Of a DNA stretch of 64,000 nt, positions 20,401-29,200 are shown piece after piece. The notes under the pieces are model-generated. The model made no database searches. It was given only the letters and a program-made list of their open reading frames with translations, and was not told where the DNA came from. Numbering within the stretch: the first letter of the stretch is position 1; every line of letters begins with the position of its first letter. The DNA lies in NCBI GenBank assembly GCA_003140595.1, contig PLKG01000156.1, positions 25,703 to 89,702 on the forward strand, in the 5' to 3' direction. A program made the translations under genes and the position numbers. The DNA comes from Acidimicrobiaceae bacterium. Its GTDB lineage: Bacteria; Actinomycetota; Acidimicrobiia; Acidimicrobiales; Bog-793.

Positions 20401-23400
20401 GCTCAGCTCGATCCCGCTCAGCTCGATCCCGCTCAGCTCGATCCTGCTGGGGTCGGCCCCCCTCAGCTCGATCCCCCTCAGCTCGATCCCCCTCAGCTCG
20501 ATCCCGCTCGTGGCGGACATCGTCAACTGCAATACCTACTCGCAGTGCTCGACCGCGACCCTCGGACAGGCGGCTCAGGCAGGTGCCCTCCTGCCTTCGG
20601 CGACGCTGCTCGACCTCCCGACCTACGACGGGACGACCATCGGCGAGCTGCCACCGAGCGTCCTCACCGGCATGAGCCTCGCGCAGCTGCTCGTCGGCGA
20701 CGTCACGACACAAGCCGGCTACCCCAACATCACCCTCGGTGACCTGCTCGTGGCGACCATGCCGCCTTCCTCGTATCCATGGCAGAGCGTCTCTTTGCCC
20801 GCACTGCCGCTCGCAGCCGATGGGACTGCCGGCGGAACGGTCACCTACACCATGACCCTCACCTTGAGCAACGGCCCGGCAAATGTGGCCGTCGATCTCG
20901 CCTTGCCTCCGTCGTTCTCCTACCTGCCGGGTAGCGGGACAATGACCGGGGAGCCCTCACTGGCGGACCCGACCCCGTGCGGCTCCTCGCTTTGCTGGGA
21001 CTTCGCGCTCGAGCCCGCTAGCTACACCGTGACGTTCCAGGCCAAAGCAGGCATCGGGCTCGGCCCAGCGGCGGCGACGGTGTCCACCTCTTTGAACGGG
21101 GCCATCAGCTCCTCGACGTCGGCGACGGTCAACGTCGTGAACGGCGAGCAGCCCCTTGTCGACAGCCCTGGGAGCTCGCTTTCCCTCACGCCCGGCTCGC
21201 CGACGACTACGCCGGGCAACCTCAATATCGGCTACCTCACCTCGCACGGCGACATCGACGACTGGGCTGTGACCGTGAGTGCGGGTGAGGAGCTCAGCCT
21301 GGCGCTCACGAACCTGCCTGCCACCTACGACCTCGAGCTGTTCGGCCCGAACGCGCAACAGTCCCAGCTGCAGGGCACCCCGAGCCAGGACCTGACAGGA
21401 GTCGCGGACACTTTGCCGTCGATCACCCCGGGCGCCACGACAGAATCGACTCCTGGCTCGGAGGACCTCCCCGTCACACCGCCCGCGGGTGATCAGCTCG
21501 AGGCGGTCTCGAACAACCCAGACGGGCAGAGTCAGTACATCCAGACGCCGCCGCTGGCAGCGGGGACATACATAGTGCAGGTGTCCGGTTACAACGGCGC
21601 CTTCAGCGCGCAACCGTACCTGCTGCAGGCGAACGTCCTCGGAGGTGAGACCGCGCCCAGCTGCCCGGGCGGCATCTCGTACCCGGACCCATTGCCAGAC
21701 GCCAGCCAGGGCGCGCCCCCTCTGAGCGACCTGAACGTGGCCATTCCGAGCAACGTGAACACGCTGTTTCTCGTGAACACACAGCGGATGTCGGCTGCCT
21801 TCGGCTCGGCCTTCGACGACCCGGCCGATCCCAGTCAAGAGACGGTCGTCACCGACCTGAACTCGATCGCCGCTGCCTCTGATGCCGGTGTGTACGGAGC
21901 CGTTGTTCCTGTCGATAGCTACTCGGGTGTGCAGCAGGCTTACGCGCTATGGAACACGAACCCTTGCTCGGTCGACGCCGCCAACGGCGTCGTCGCGGCC
22001 ATCGGGGCTGTTGTGGACCAGCTACGCGCCCAGTACCCGACGATCCGGAACATCGTCATCGTCGGCGCGGACGACCAGATCCCCCTTGCCCGGATCGCAG
22101 ACGGCGCCACACAATCCAACGAACGCGATTACGGCGCCGCCACCTTCGCCGGGGAGAACAATGTCGAGGGGGACGCACTGTCGCTCGGCTACTACTTCAG
22201 CGACGACCCCTATGCTGCCAGCCAGCCGCTTGGGGTCGGGAGCGCCACGCTCTACACGCCCCAGCTCGCCGTAGGGCGCCTGATCGAGTCGGCACCCGAG
22301 ATCGAGTCTGCCCTCTCGCGCTTTGTGAGCTCAGATGGCAACCTCGACGCGACCGCGAGCCTCACGACCGGTTACTCGTTCCTCGCCTCCGGTGCCCAGG
22401 CGGTGGAGGCCAACCTCGCCGCCAACCACCTCAACTCCATGAACGCCTGCGATCTCATAGGCGAGAGCTGGGCCGAGTCGGACCTCGACGCGGCCCTTGC
22501 CGGCGCCGGCAACTGCACCACGCCGGGGGTCGACAGCCTCAACGCTCACTTCGACTACTCGCGTGCCTTGCCTGCCAACGACAACACGACCGGAGCCACT
22601 AGCAACCTGTTCACCACGACCGACGTTCGCAATCCGCCGGACGCAACCTCCTACACGGGCAGGCTTCTCTTCTCGATGGGCTGTCACGCGGGTCTCGACA
22701 TCGACGATGCAGAGGTGGATGCCTCCCTCGGCGCCACGTCGCCGGTCGACGACTGGGCGAAGACGTTCGCGGACTCGGGTGCGCTCTGGGTGGCGAACAC
22801 CGGTTATGGCTACGCCGACACCGACACCGTCGCCTACTCGGCCAAGCTTATGGCCGAGTTCGCGTCCAACCTCAACGGCACAGTCACGATCGGCGAGGCG
22901 CTCGCGGAGGCCAAGCAGCAATACGCGGCCGACAGCGCCATTCTCAGCCCGTACGACCTGAAGGCTTTGATGGAGTCGACTTTCTACGGCTTGCCGATGT
23001 ACTCCTTGAACGGCAAGCCGACGGGTCAGACTCAGCCCGTTCCTGGTCCGTCGACGACGACGGACTCGCTTACCGGAGAGACCGTGGCTCCGGTCTCGCT
23101 GAGCCTCGGACAGGGAACGAGCACCGCCGCAGGTCAGCTCGGGCTCGTCACTAAGGCCGACGGGAGCTACTACCAGGTGAACGGTACCAGCAGCGACAAC
23201 GGCGGGATCCAGACGACCGAGTACCGCCCGATAGAGCCGCTCGTGACAGTGGCGGCGACCGAGCCGAATCTCGTTCCCCACGGCGCGCTCGTGACCGGCC
23301 TCACCTCACAGGACATTCCCAACTTCCAGCCCGTGTACGTCATGCCGGCGGCCGGGTCTGCGGACGCGGCGTCGCCAGTCATCGGGGACGCCGCTTTCCC

Positions 23401-26098
23401 GGGCACCCTGCAACGCGTCGGGACCTACGGGATTTTCACTGGCAGCGGAACCGGTGCTCAGCTCGACCTTGTTGCCGGTCAGTTCCTTCCGAACCCTTCG
23501 TCCTCCACCGGCAGCGGTACCGAGCGGCTCTTCACCTCGATGTCAGCCGATGTCTACTACCAGGCTTCGAATGCCCCGCTCGCAGGCGACTACACGCCTG
23601 CCACAGTCGACTCTTCCCAGGCCGTCAACACGGGCAGCGGCTTGAACTTCACGGTCGATGTGACACCCTCGAGCTCGGACGATCCGGTAGAGCGAGTCCT
23701 CGTCCTGTACACCGACGCCGCCAGTCCGAACGGCACCTGGACGGACCTCAATCTGAACTCCGGCGATGGTCTCGGCTGGGCGGGCACCGGGGCCATCACC
23801 TCGAGCGGCGTTGCCCAGTACATGGTCGAGACGGTCGACGCCGCGGGTAACGTCTCGGTCTCGAACAACGAGGGCTCGGATTTCAACAGCCAGATTCAGA
23901 CAACGACCACGTTGTCGTCGTCGGTGAACCCAGGTCTTGTCGGACAGCAGATCACCTTCACAGCCACCGTTGGCGCCAACGTGTCGGGCACAGGCAACCC
24001 CGCAGGAAACGTGGAGTTCCTCGACAACGGCGACCCGATCACGGTGTGTGGCGGCGTGTCCGGGAAGAATCTGAGCAACGCGGCGGTCAGTTGCATTGTC
24101 AGCTACCCGTCCGCTGGGCTGCACCAGATCACCGCCACGTACGCGGGCAGCACGGACTTCATCACCTCCACCACCTCGGCACCGTTGGATGAGACGGTGA
24201 ACCAGCCGAGCGAGTCGTCGCCCTCGACATCATTGGTGGCATCGAGCACCTCGCCTGTGGTGGGCCAGACCGTGACTTACACGGCCACTGTCACTGGCCC
24301 GAGCGGTGGCGCGACACCGACCGGCACCGTCTACCTCGAGGACGGGACGAACACTTTCACGTGCACGGGGGGCAACCAGACTCTGAGCGGATCGGTCAAC
24401 AGCGCCACCGCGACCTGCCAGGTGGCCTATAGCTCCACGTCGAACAGCCCGCACGCGATCACGGCTTTCTACGACCCAGGCACCGATCCCAATTACTCCG
24501 CCGGCGGCGGCTCGAATCCGGTCACCGTAACGGTTGGCCCAGCCGGTACCAGCACGACGGTGGTCTCGACGACTGGCTCACCGTCTTTCGTCGGCCAGCC
24601 CGTGACATACACCGCCACGGTGGGTGTCACCAGTCCCGGCTTCGGCACCCCGACCGGCAGCGTCGAGTTCCTCGACGGCGGAGGTGCTATCAGCGGCTGC
24701 ACAGCGAACCCGCTGAGCAGCTCGCTGCCGGACACGGCCACATGTACGGTGACCAGCTACGGCGCGGCGGGGACGCATTCGATAACGGCGCAGTACCTGG
24801 GCTCGTTCGATTTCGCCGCCTCGGTGGTGTCTGCGAGCATCACCCAGCAGGTGACCGCCCGCCCTTCGACCGCGACCTTGTCGTTGACCAAGTCGTCGGT
24901 CACCTACGGTGCAGAAGCCGGCGAGACTTTCACAGCCACCGTCACCGGGACCAGCGGTTCTCTGCCGACAGGAACAGTGTCCATCAAGTCCGGCTCGACC
25001 ACTTTGTGCTCGAGGACCAACTTGACGGAGAAGTCGGCGAGCTCGGTCACTGCTGTTTGCAGTCTCACCAACGTCGAGCAAGCCGCGGGCAGCTACTCGG
25101 TCACGGCCGTCTACAGCGGTGACACGCTCAACGCCGGTGCGACCTCGAGCCCGCAGAGCTTGACGGTGAGCCAGGACTCCACGCAGACGTTCCTGCAGGG
25201 GCTCCCGACAACGACTCCCTACGGCTCAGAGCAGAGGCTGGTGTTCGGCATCGTCGTCCTCACCGGCAACGGTGAAGCCCTGCCGGCCTCCGAGTCCCTC
25301 ACTATCAACGTCGGGACAGCTTCATGCGTTGCCTCGATGACTCCTTCGCTGCTCGGCGCTTACGGCAGCTGCTCCATCGCAGCCACCGCTTTGCCCGTCG
25401 GCAGCTACAAGGTGTCGGCGACGTACGCGGGCGATACCGACCTCAAGTCGTCGAGCGGCACGGCCGCGGTGGGGCTCACCGTCACCGGAGCGGCCACTAC
25501 GACGGGGCTCAGTCTGTCTCCGTCGAGCGTCACGTACGGCAACGAGACGACCGAGGTGTTCTTGTCCACCGTCACCTCGTTAGCTGGGATGCCCTCGGGT
25601 ACTGTCACCGTTGGTTCGTCTGGAGGAACCCTTTGTCAGATCACGCTCGTGAGTGGCTCGGGCAGCTGTCGCCTGTCTGCTGCCCAGCTGGCGGTGGGCA
25701 CGATCTCGAGTGTCGTAGCCACCTACTACGCGAGTGGGAACTTTGCCGGGTCGACGTCGTCGGCCAAGTTCTCCTTCGCCGTCAGCAAGGACACAACGAC
25801 CACGAAGGTCTCGGAGAGCCCGACAACCGTCAAGTCAGGTGCCGAGTCCGCTTCGGTCTTCACGGCGACAGTGACTACCGGCTATGGAGAGACCGTCCCG
25901 CACGGCGACACCGTTAAGGTGACCGTTGGCTCGACCTCGTGCACCGGTACGTTGAGCTCCGGCACAGGTACATGCAAGATCGGCAACAGTGCGTTGGCAG
26001 TCGGCTCCTATGCTGTCTCGGCTGCCTACGCAGGCGACGCCAGCCTGGGCAGCTCGAGCGGCGCCAGCAGCACGAACCTCACAGTGTCAAGGACATAA
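17459..26098 (+). CDS. Giant secreted multidomain protein (about 2,880 aa): DUF642-like, two lectin-like modules, PLSSI pentad repeats, PPC-like domain, C25/gingipain-like Cys-peptidase-like domain, and at least 8 Ig-like repeats
   Basis: The ATG at 17459 follows GGGGGGAA. Signal peptide: LLLVLGLAS...AAGA.
Domains in order:
- DUF642-like: NGSFEQP..DWTIGGG..LDLSG..NLDNVSL.
- Two paralogous modules of about 215 aa: DCW...FTGI[EQ]S..Y.APF..SLEGDL.
- PLSSI repeats.
- PPC-like: DIDDWAVTVSAGEELSL..YDLELF.
- C25-like: IVIVGADDQIPLARI, TPQLAVGRL, LNAHFDY, FSMGCHAGLD.
- C-terminal repeats of TATV...G.V.F.DG....C type.
No LPXTG motif or C-terminal TM anchor was seen. Confidence 0.85.
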   Translation: MRPEGSSHRSGTRRSQRYGDLPRGIPTGRGKFASLRSKVGRIGRAGAGLLLVLGLASTLEPIVQAVMSSAAGAQPNLILNGSFEQPRQTSDAALFPGSGGLTDWTIGGGSVNLDDSGYWQAEDGLQSLDLSGNAPGSVSQTVTGTTAGATYNLSWFLAGNPECGQAVKMMDVYWNGILVDEPSFDTTGLTHVSMGWVEEQVNVVATGSDTVEFADAPSDQSSCGANLDNVSLVPASMADCASPSSFNDNFATDTSLSDCWETGTPSLSAAAVNEATSIAPELSFSGGMDMQGAAADPEFTGIESAAAYQAPFDFTTTVKAVQSGDNSFVIYIANTTGGGVSLEGDLSSSSFNGIWAAEATGYLGAGSDINSSVAGQAILSNQPLGTTFHISISLDDSGDIGINVNGTTITSAALGRIGNGPFRVILGQRESDDEEPGNPPSATPKGPNEAVWYNASLTTSSCSASSFSTDFGLDYANGSVYQGFLQDCWQVEQPPYTTLPPTIADVESAIGATDVSPNLTFEVASDLFTPMHMAGTTGNSQFTGIQSTYAYSAPFQLTTSVRGTQSNGSAFAAYLVNANATKGLSLEGDLNPADGGNYGIWANNGIGASSADTAVLSPNTPAVNLTYNITLSVDGSGNGTVTVTSSGGSGSVALGNVGTGPFYVVLGQHEGTPAVAGANGANWYSAGLSPDVVSVSTTLSAGSPTVAGVETVPESVIPPTSVSGAAGSGSGSAASAPLSSIPLSSIALASSPLHSIPLSSIPLSSVALPGSGDTAITAAEQALSSALLSDIGITYDPDGCTTDACSGWNGILAGSKYALVPLESVTLEDVLQDTATGSEGQPSPAASFDSVDLSALDLSSSPLSSIPLSSIELGSLPLSSIGLAGTVPGSGALAQWCTTLASLNFPCSDFGISGSNDNGVTLLSLALAGVPLSSIPLSSIPLSSINLADIPLSSIPLSSIPLSSINLASSPLSSIPLSSIPLSSIPLSSIPLSSILLGSAPLSSIPLSSIPLSSIPLVADIVNCNTYSQCSTATLGQAAQAGALLPSATLLDLPTYDGTTIGELPPSVLTGMSLAQLLVGDVTTQAGYPNITLGDLLVATMPPSSYPWQSVSLPALPLAADGTAGGTVTYTMTLTLSNGPANVAVDLALPPSFSYLPGSGTMTGEPSLADPTPCGSSLCWDFALEPASYTVTFQAKAGIGLGPAAATVSTSLNGAISSSTSATVNVVNGEQPLVDSPGSSLSLTPGSPTTTPGNLNIGYLTSHGDIDDWAVTVSAGEELSLALTNLPATYDLELFGPNAQQSQLQGTPSQDLTGVADTLPSITPGATTESTPGSEDLPVTPPAGDQLEAVSNNPDGQSQYIQTPPLAAGTYIVQVSGYNGAFSAQPYLLQANVLGGETAPSCPGGISYPDPLPDASQGAPPLSDLNVAIPSNVNTLFLVNTQRMSAAFGSAFDDPADPSQETVVTDLNSIAAASDAGVYGAVVPVDSYSGVQQAYALWNTNPCSVDAANGVVAAIGAVVDQLRAQYPTIRNIVIVGADDQIPLARIADGATQSNERDYGAATFAGENNVEGDALSLGYYFSDDPYAASQPLGVGSATLYTPQLAVGRLIESAPEIESALSRFVSSDGNLDATASLTTGYSFLASGAQAVEANLAANHLNSMNACDLIGESWAESDLDAALAGAGNCTTPGVDSLNAHFDYSRALPANDNTTGATSNLFTTTDVRNPPDATSYTGRLLFSMGCHAGLDIDDAEVDASLGATSPVDDWAKTFADSGALWVANTGYGYADTDTVAYSAKLMAEFASNLNGTVTIGEALAEAKQQYAADSAILSPYDLKALMESTFYGLPMYSLNGKPTGQTQPVPGPSTTTDSLTGETVAPVSLSLGQGTSTAAGQLGLVTKADGSYYQVNGTSSDNGGIQTTEYRPIEPLVTVAATEPNLVPHGALVTGLTSQDIPNFQPVYVMPAAGSADAASPVIGDAAFPGTLQRVGTYGIFTGSGTGAQLDLVAGQFLPNPSSSTGSGTERLFTSMSADVYYQASNAPLAGDYTPATVDSSQAVNTGSGLNFTVDVTPSSSDDPVERVLVLYTDAASPNGTWTDLNLNSGDGLGWAGTGAITSSGVAQYMVETVDAAGNVSVSNNEGSDFNSQIQTTTTLSSSVNPGLVGQQITFTATVGANVSGTGNPAGNVEFLDNGDPITVCGGVSGKNLSNAAVSCIVSYPSAGLHQITATYAGSTDFITSTTSAPLDETVNQPSESSPSTSLVASSTSPVVGQTVTYTATVTGPSGGATPTGTVYLEDGTNTFTCTGGNQTLSGSVNSATATCQVAYSSTSNSPHAITAFYDPGTDPNYSAGGGSNPVTVTVGPAGTSTTVVSTTGSPSFVGQPVTYTATVGVTSPGFGTPTGSVEFLDGGGAISGCTANPLSSSLPDTATCTVTSYGAAGTHSITAQYLGSFDFAASVVSASITQQVTARPSTATLSLTKSSVTYGAEAGETFTATVTGTSGSLPTGTVSIKSGSTTLCSRTNLTEKSASSVTAVCSLTNVEQAAGSYSVTAVYSGDTLNAGATSSPQSLTVSQDSTQTFLQGLPTTTPYGSEQRLVFGIVVLTGNGEALPASESLTINVGTASCVASMTPSLLGAYGSCSIAATALPVGSYKVSATYAGDTDLKSSSGTAAVGLTVTGAATTTGLSLSPSSVTYGNETTEVFLSTVTSLAGMPSGTVTVGSSGGTLCQITLVSGSGSCRLSAAQLAVGTISSVVATYYASGNFAGSTSSAKFSFAVSKDTTTTKVSESPTTVKSGAESASVFTATVTTGYGETVPHGDTVKVTVGSTSCTGTLSSGTGTCKIGNSALAVGSYAVSAAYAGDASLGSSSGASSTNLTVSRT
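19667..20509 (+). repeat. 15-bp in-frame tandem repeats (CC[C/G]CTCAGCTCGATC) encoding PLSSI pentads, in three blocks
   Basis: The blocks lie at about 19667-19765, 20035-20105 and 20243-20509. The last block encodes 18 consecutive pentads (PLSSI x13 interspersed with NLADI, NLASS, LLGSA and PLVAD). Two unit subtypes (CCC vs CCG) occur in homogeneous runs. Confidence 0.9.
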
Positions 26099-26249
26099 TC
26101 ACCTCCGGTGAGGTCCGCGAGTGCAGGGCAACGCCTGGTCCACTTACATCGGGGGATGGACGCACCAGCGGACCCCCCACGGTGATTCCGATGATCCGGA
26201 TCGGATACGAACCGGCGAGAAGCCAGATGGCCGTGTTCACGGTGGAACA

Positions 26250-29200
26250 GTGAGCCTTGTCGACAGGGTAGGTCCCCACGGAGATCAGCTCAGGCGCGAT
26301 CTCCGACGCAACGATCGGCCGGGAGCCGACTCCGACGGCGCCGAGAGCCTCGCGTCCTATGTCCCGCGCGTGGCTCTCGAGTGGCTGGCCGACTCGCCCG
26401 AGGCGACGCACCGTCACCTCGAAGGCACGCTGCTGTTCGTGGACGTCTCCGGCTTCACAGCCCTCACCGAGCGGTTGGCGGCTCGGGGCAAGGTAGGTGC
26501 GGAGGAGATCACCGATGTCATCGGCTCGGTCTTCACCGAGATGCTCAGTGTCGCCGCCTGTTATGGAGCGGACCTGCTGAAGTGGGGTGGGGACGCCTCG
26601 CTTCTCTTCTTCTCGGAGCCTGCCTCGCCATCGCGTGCCTGTCGAGCTGCTGTCCTCATGTCTCAGATGATGAGCCGAATCGGTCGGCTGAGGACCTCTG
26701 CCGGGCGAGTCTCCCTCGGCGTCTCGATCGGAGCCCATAGTGGAGGCTTCGATCTCTACCTGATTGGCGGGCGCCACCGCGAGCTCGTCGTCACAGGGCC
26801 GGCCGCCACGGTCACTGCCCGCATGGAGACGATCGCCGAGGCCGGTGAAGTGATCGTCAGCCCCGACACGGCACGCCGACTCGACAGGGGCGTTCTCGGC
26901 GACCGGAAGCTTGAGGGCGTGAGCCTGAGCAAAGTGCCCGAGGCAGAGGAGTCGCCGATACGCGGCTTGCACGACTTAGTCGATATCGATGTTGCGACAC
27001 TCCTGCCGACCGAGACTAGAGCTCGTCTCCTCGGTGGAGGCGAGCAGGCCGAGCATCGGCAGGCAACCGTCGCCTTCGTCGAGTTCTCCGGGGTCGATGC
27101 CCTCTCAGGCAGTCAAGGTGCCGAGGCGGTCACCGCTCACCTCGACCGTCTCGTGTGCGCGGCTCAGGAAGCAGCCGAGCACTACGGCGCAAGCTTCCAC
27201 GGAACGGACATCGGTCCCGACGGCGGCAAGATGATCCTCCTTGGCGGAGTTCCCATCCTGCGTGGCAACGACGCCGAGCGCGTACTTCGTGTCGCGCGCG
27301 AAATCGTCTTATCCCACCCGGCCAGCTCCCCGATCGAGCTTCGCATCGGCGTCAACGCCGGAAGAGTGTTCGTCTTCTCTCACGACGTCGGGCTCGGACA
27401 TCGGCGGATCTTCTCGATAACCGGTGATGCCGTCAACCTGGCAGCTCGTGTCATGGGCCAGGCAAGGCCACGTCAGGTACTTGCCACCGCGGAGACCCTC
27501 GGCCGGGTTCGCAATCCCTTTGAGACCGAACCGGTACCACCGTTCAAGGTCAAGGGCAAGACTGAGCCAGTCGTTGCCGTGGCCGTTGGGGCGCCGCGCA
27601 ACGACGCGGCGACAGAGAGCAGCGACAGCTTGCCCTTCGTCGGCCGTGATATCGAGCTCGACGCGCTCTTGGGCCGGGCGTCCGCAGTTGCCGGCGGCAC
27701 CGGGAGCGTTGTCGAGATCATTGGGGCGCCGGGCATCGGCAAGTCCCGCCTCGTGTCGGAGGCAATCGACAGATGGCCTCTCGACACGCTGAGAGTGGCA
27801 TGCGAGCAATATGGGAGCGCGACGCCTTACCTGGCTTTTCGCCACGTCTTTCGCCGGTTGCTCGGGGGCGCCTCCGACGCCGCCAACGACATCGTCGTCG
27901 CCGAGCTCCGACGGGTTGTGGCCGCCTTCCTCCCGGATCTCGAGCCGTTTCTTCCTCTCCTTGCCGACGTCGTCGACGTATCCGTGCCGGCCACGCGCGA
28001 GGTAGACGAGCTCGAGCCCAGGTTCCGCCGCGCGCGCCTCGAGCACGGTGCCGTGCGGCTCATGGGGCTGTTCATCTCGGGACCTTCCGCTTTGGTGCTC
28101 GAAGATGCGCAGGCCATGGACGAAGCCTCGGCGAGCTTGCTCAGAAGAGTTATCTTCGAAACCGATGCCCTGCCATTGCTCGTCGTACTTACTCGTGGGC
28201 CTGAAACGCCTCTGGATCTGCCCGAAGGTTCCGACCGTCTCGTGATCGAGCTCGAGCCTCTCGGGGAGGAGGTGGCTATCCGCCTGGCCGGGTCCGGGAG
28301 CGGCCCGGTGCTGGCGCCCCCTCAGGTTGCCGCCATCGTCGACAGGGCGAACGGCAACCCGATGTTCCTCCGAGAGTTGCTTCGTGCCGCTGGGCAAGCG
28401 GGCAGCGTCGAGGGTCTACCTGAGTCACTCGAGCCGCTGCTAGCGACACAGATCGACCTGCTCTCGCCATCGGACCGGCAGGTTCTGCGGGCGGCTGCCG
28501 TACTCGGCACCCATTTCAGTCCCGGCCTTCTGCATGAGCTGCTCGAGGATGGAGTCATCGTCGACAGCACCGTGTGGGACAGACTGGGCGCCTACATCGC
28601 CCCAACTGCCGTCGGTCGGCGATTCGCTCACGGTCTGATGCGCGACGCCGCCTACGAGGGACTGTCCTTTAAGCGGCGCAGGGAGTTGCACGCTCGTGCG
28701 GCGAAGGCCATCGAGACGAGAATGACCGCACCGGACGAAGGCGCCGATCTCTTGTCGCTTCACTGGCTCAACGCCGAGCGCTACGACCAGGCGTGGCACT
28801 ACTCGCGTCTCGCGGGCGATCGGGCCCGGAACTTGTGGGCAAATGCGGAAGCGGCCACCTTCTACGCGCGGGCACTCGAATCCGCCAGCCGGCTCCGCAC
28901 TCTCCCCCGGTCCGAAGTTTCAACCGTCGCCGAGGCGCTCGGTGATGCCAGCGAGCTGGCCGGCAACTACGAGCGCTCGCGCCACGCTTATGCGGAGGCG
29001 CGGCGACTCGTCGATGGAGAGGTGGACCGGGCGCGGTTGTTGCGCAAGATCGGCGTGCTGCACGAGAGGCTGGGCCACTACCGTCAGGCACTCGCGTGTT
29101 ACACGAGGGGCCGCCGCCTCGTCACGAGTGCAAACCAGGCTGCCTGGTCAGAACGCTCCGAGTTGGATCTGGCGTCGGCAGGCATCTGTTCCCGCCAGGG

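Noticed and set aside
19667-20509. Possible CRISPR array, because of the regular short direct repeats.
   Set aside because: The units are contiguous with no unique spacers, are only 15 bp long and in frame within a long ORF, and no cas genes are present.
19840-20713. Long minus-strand ORFs (230 aa and 226 aa) with repeats such as IELRGIELSG and DRAEGDRAE.
   Set aside because: They are the antisense reading of the PLSSI 15-bp tandem repeats inside the giant + strand gene. Repeats keep any frame open, and there is no independent coding signal.
26079-26972. 297-aa minus-strand ORF.
   Set aside because: It is antisense to the N-terminal cyclase domain of the 26250-30284 gene, which has clear motifs. 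This is a typical high-GC shadow ORF.
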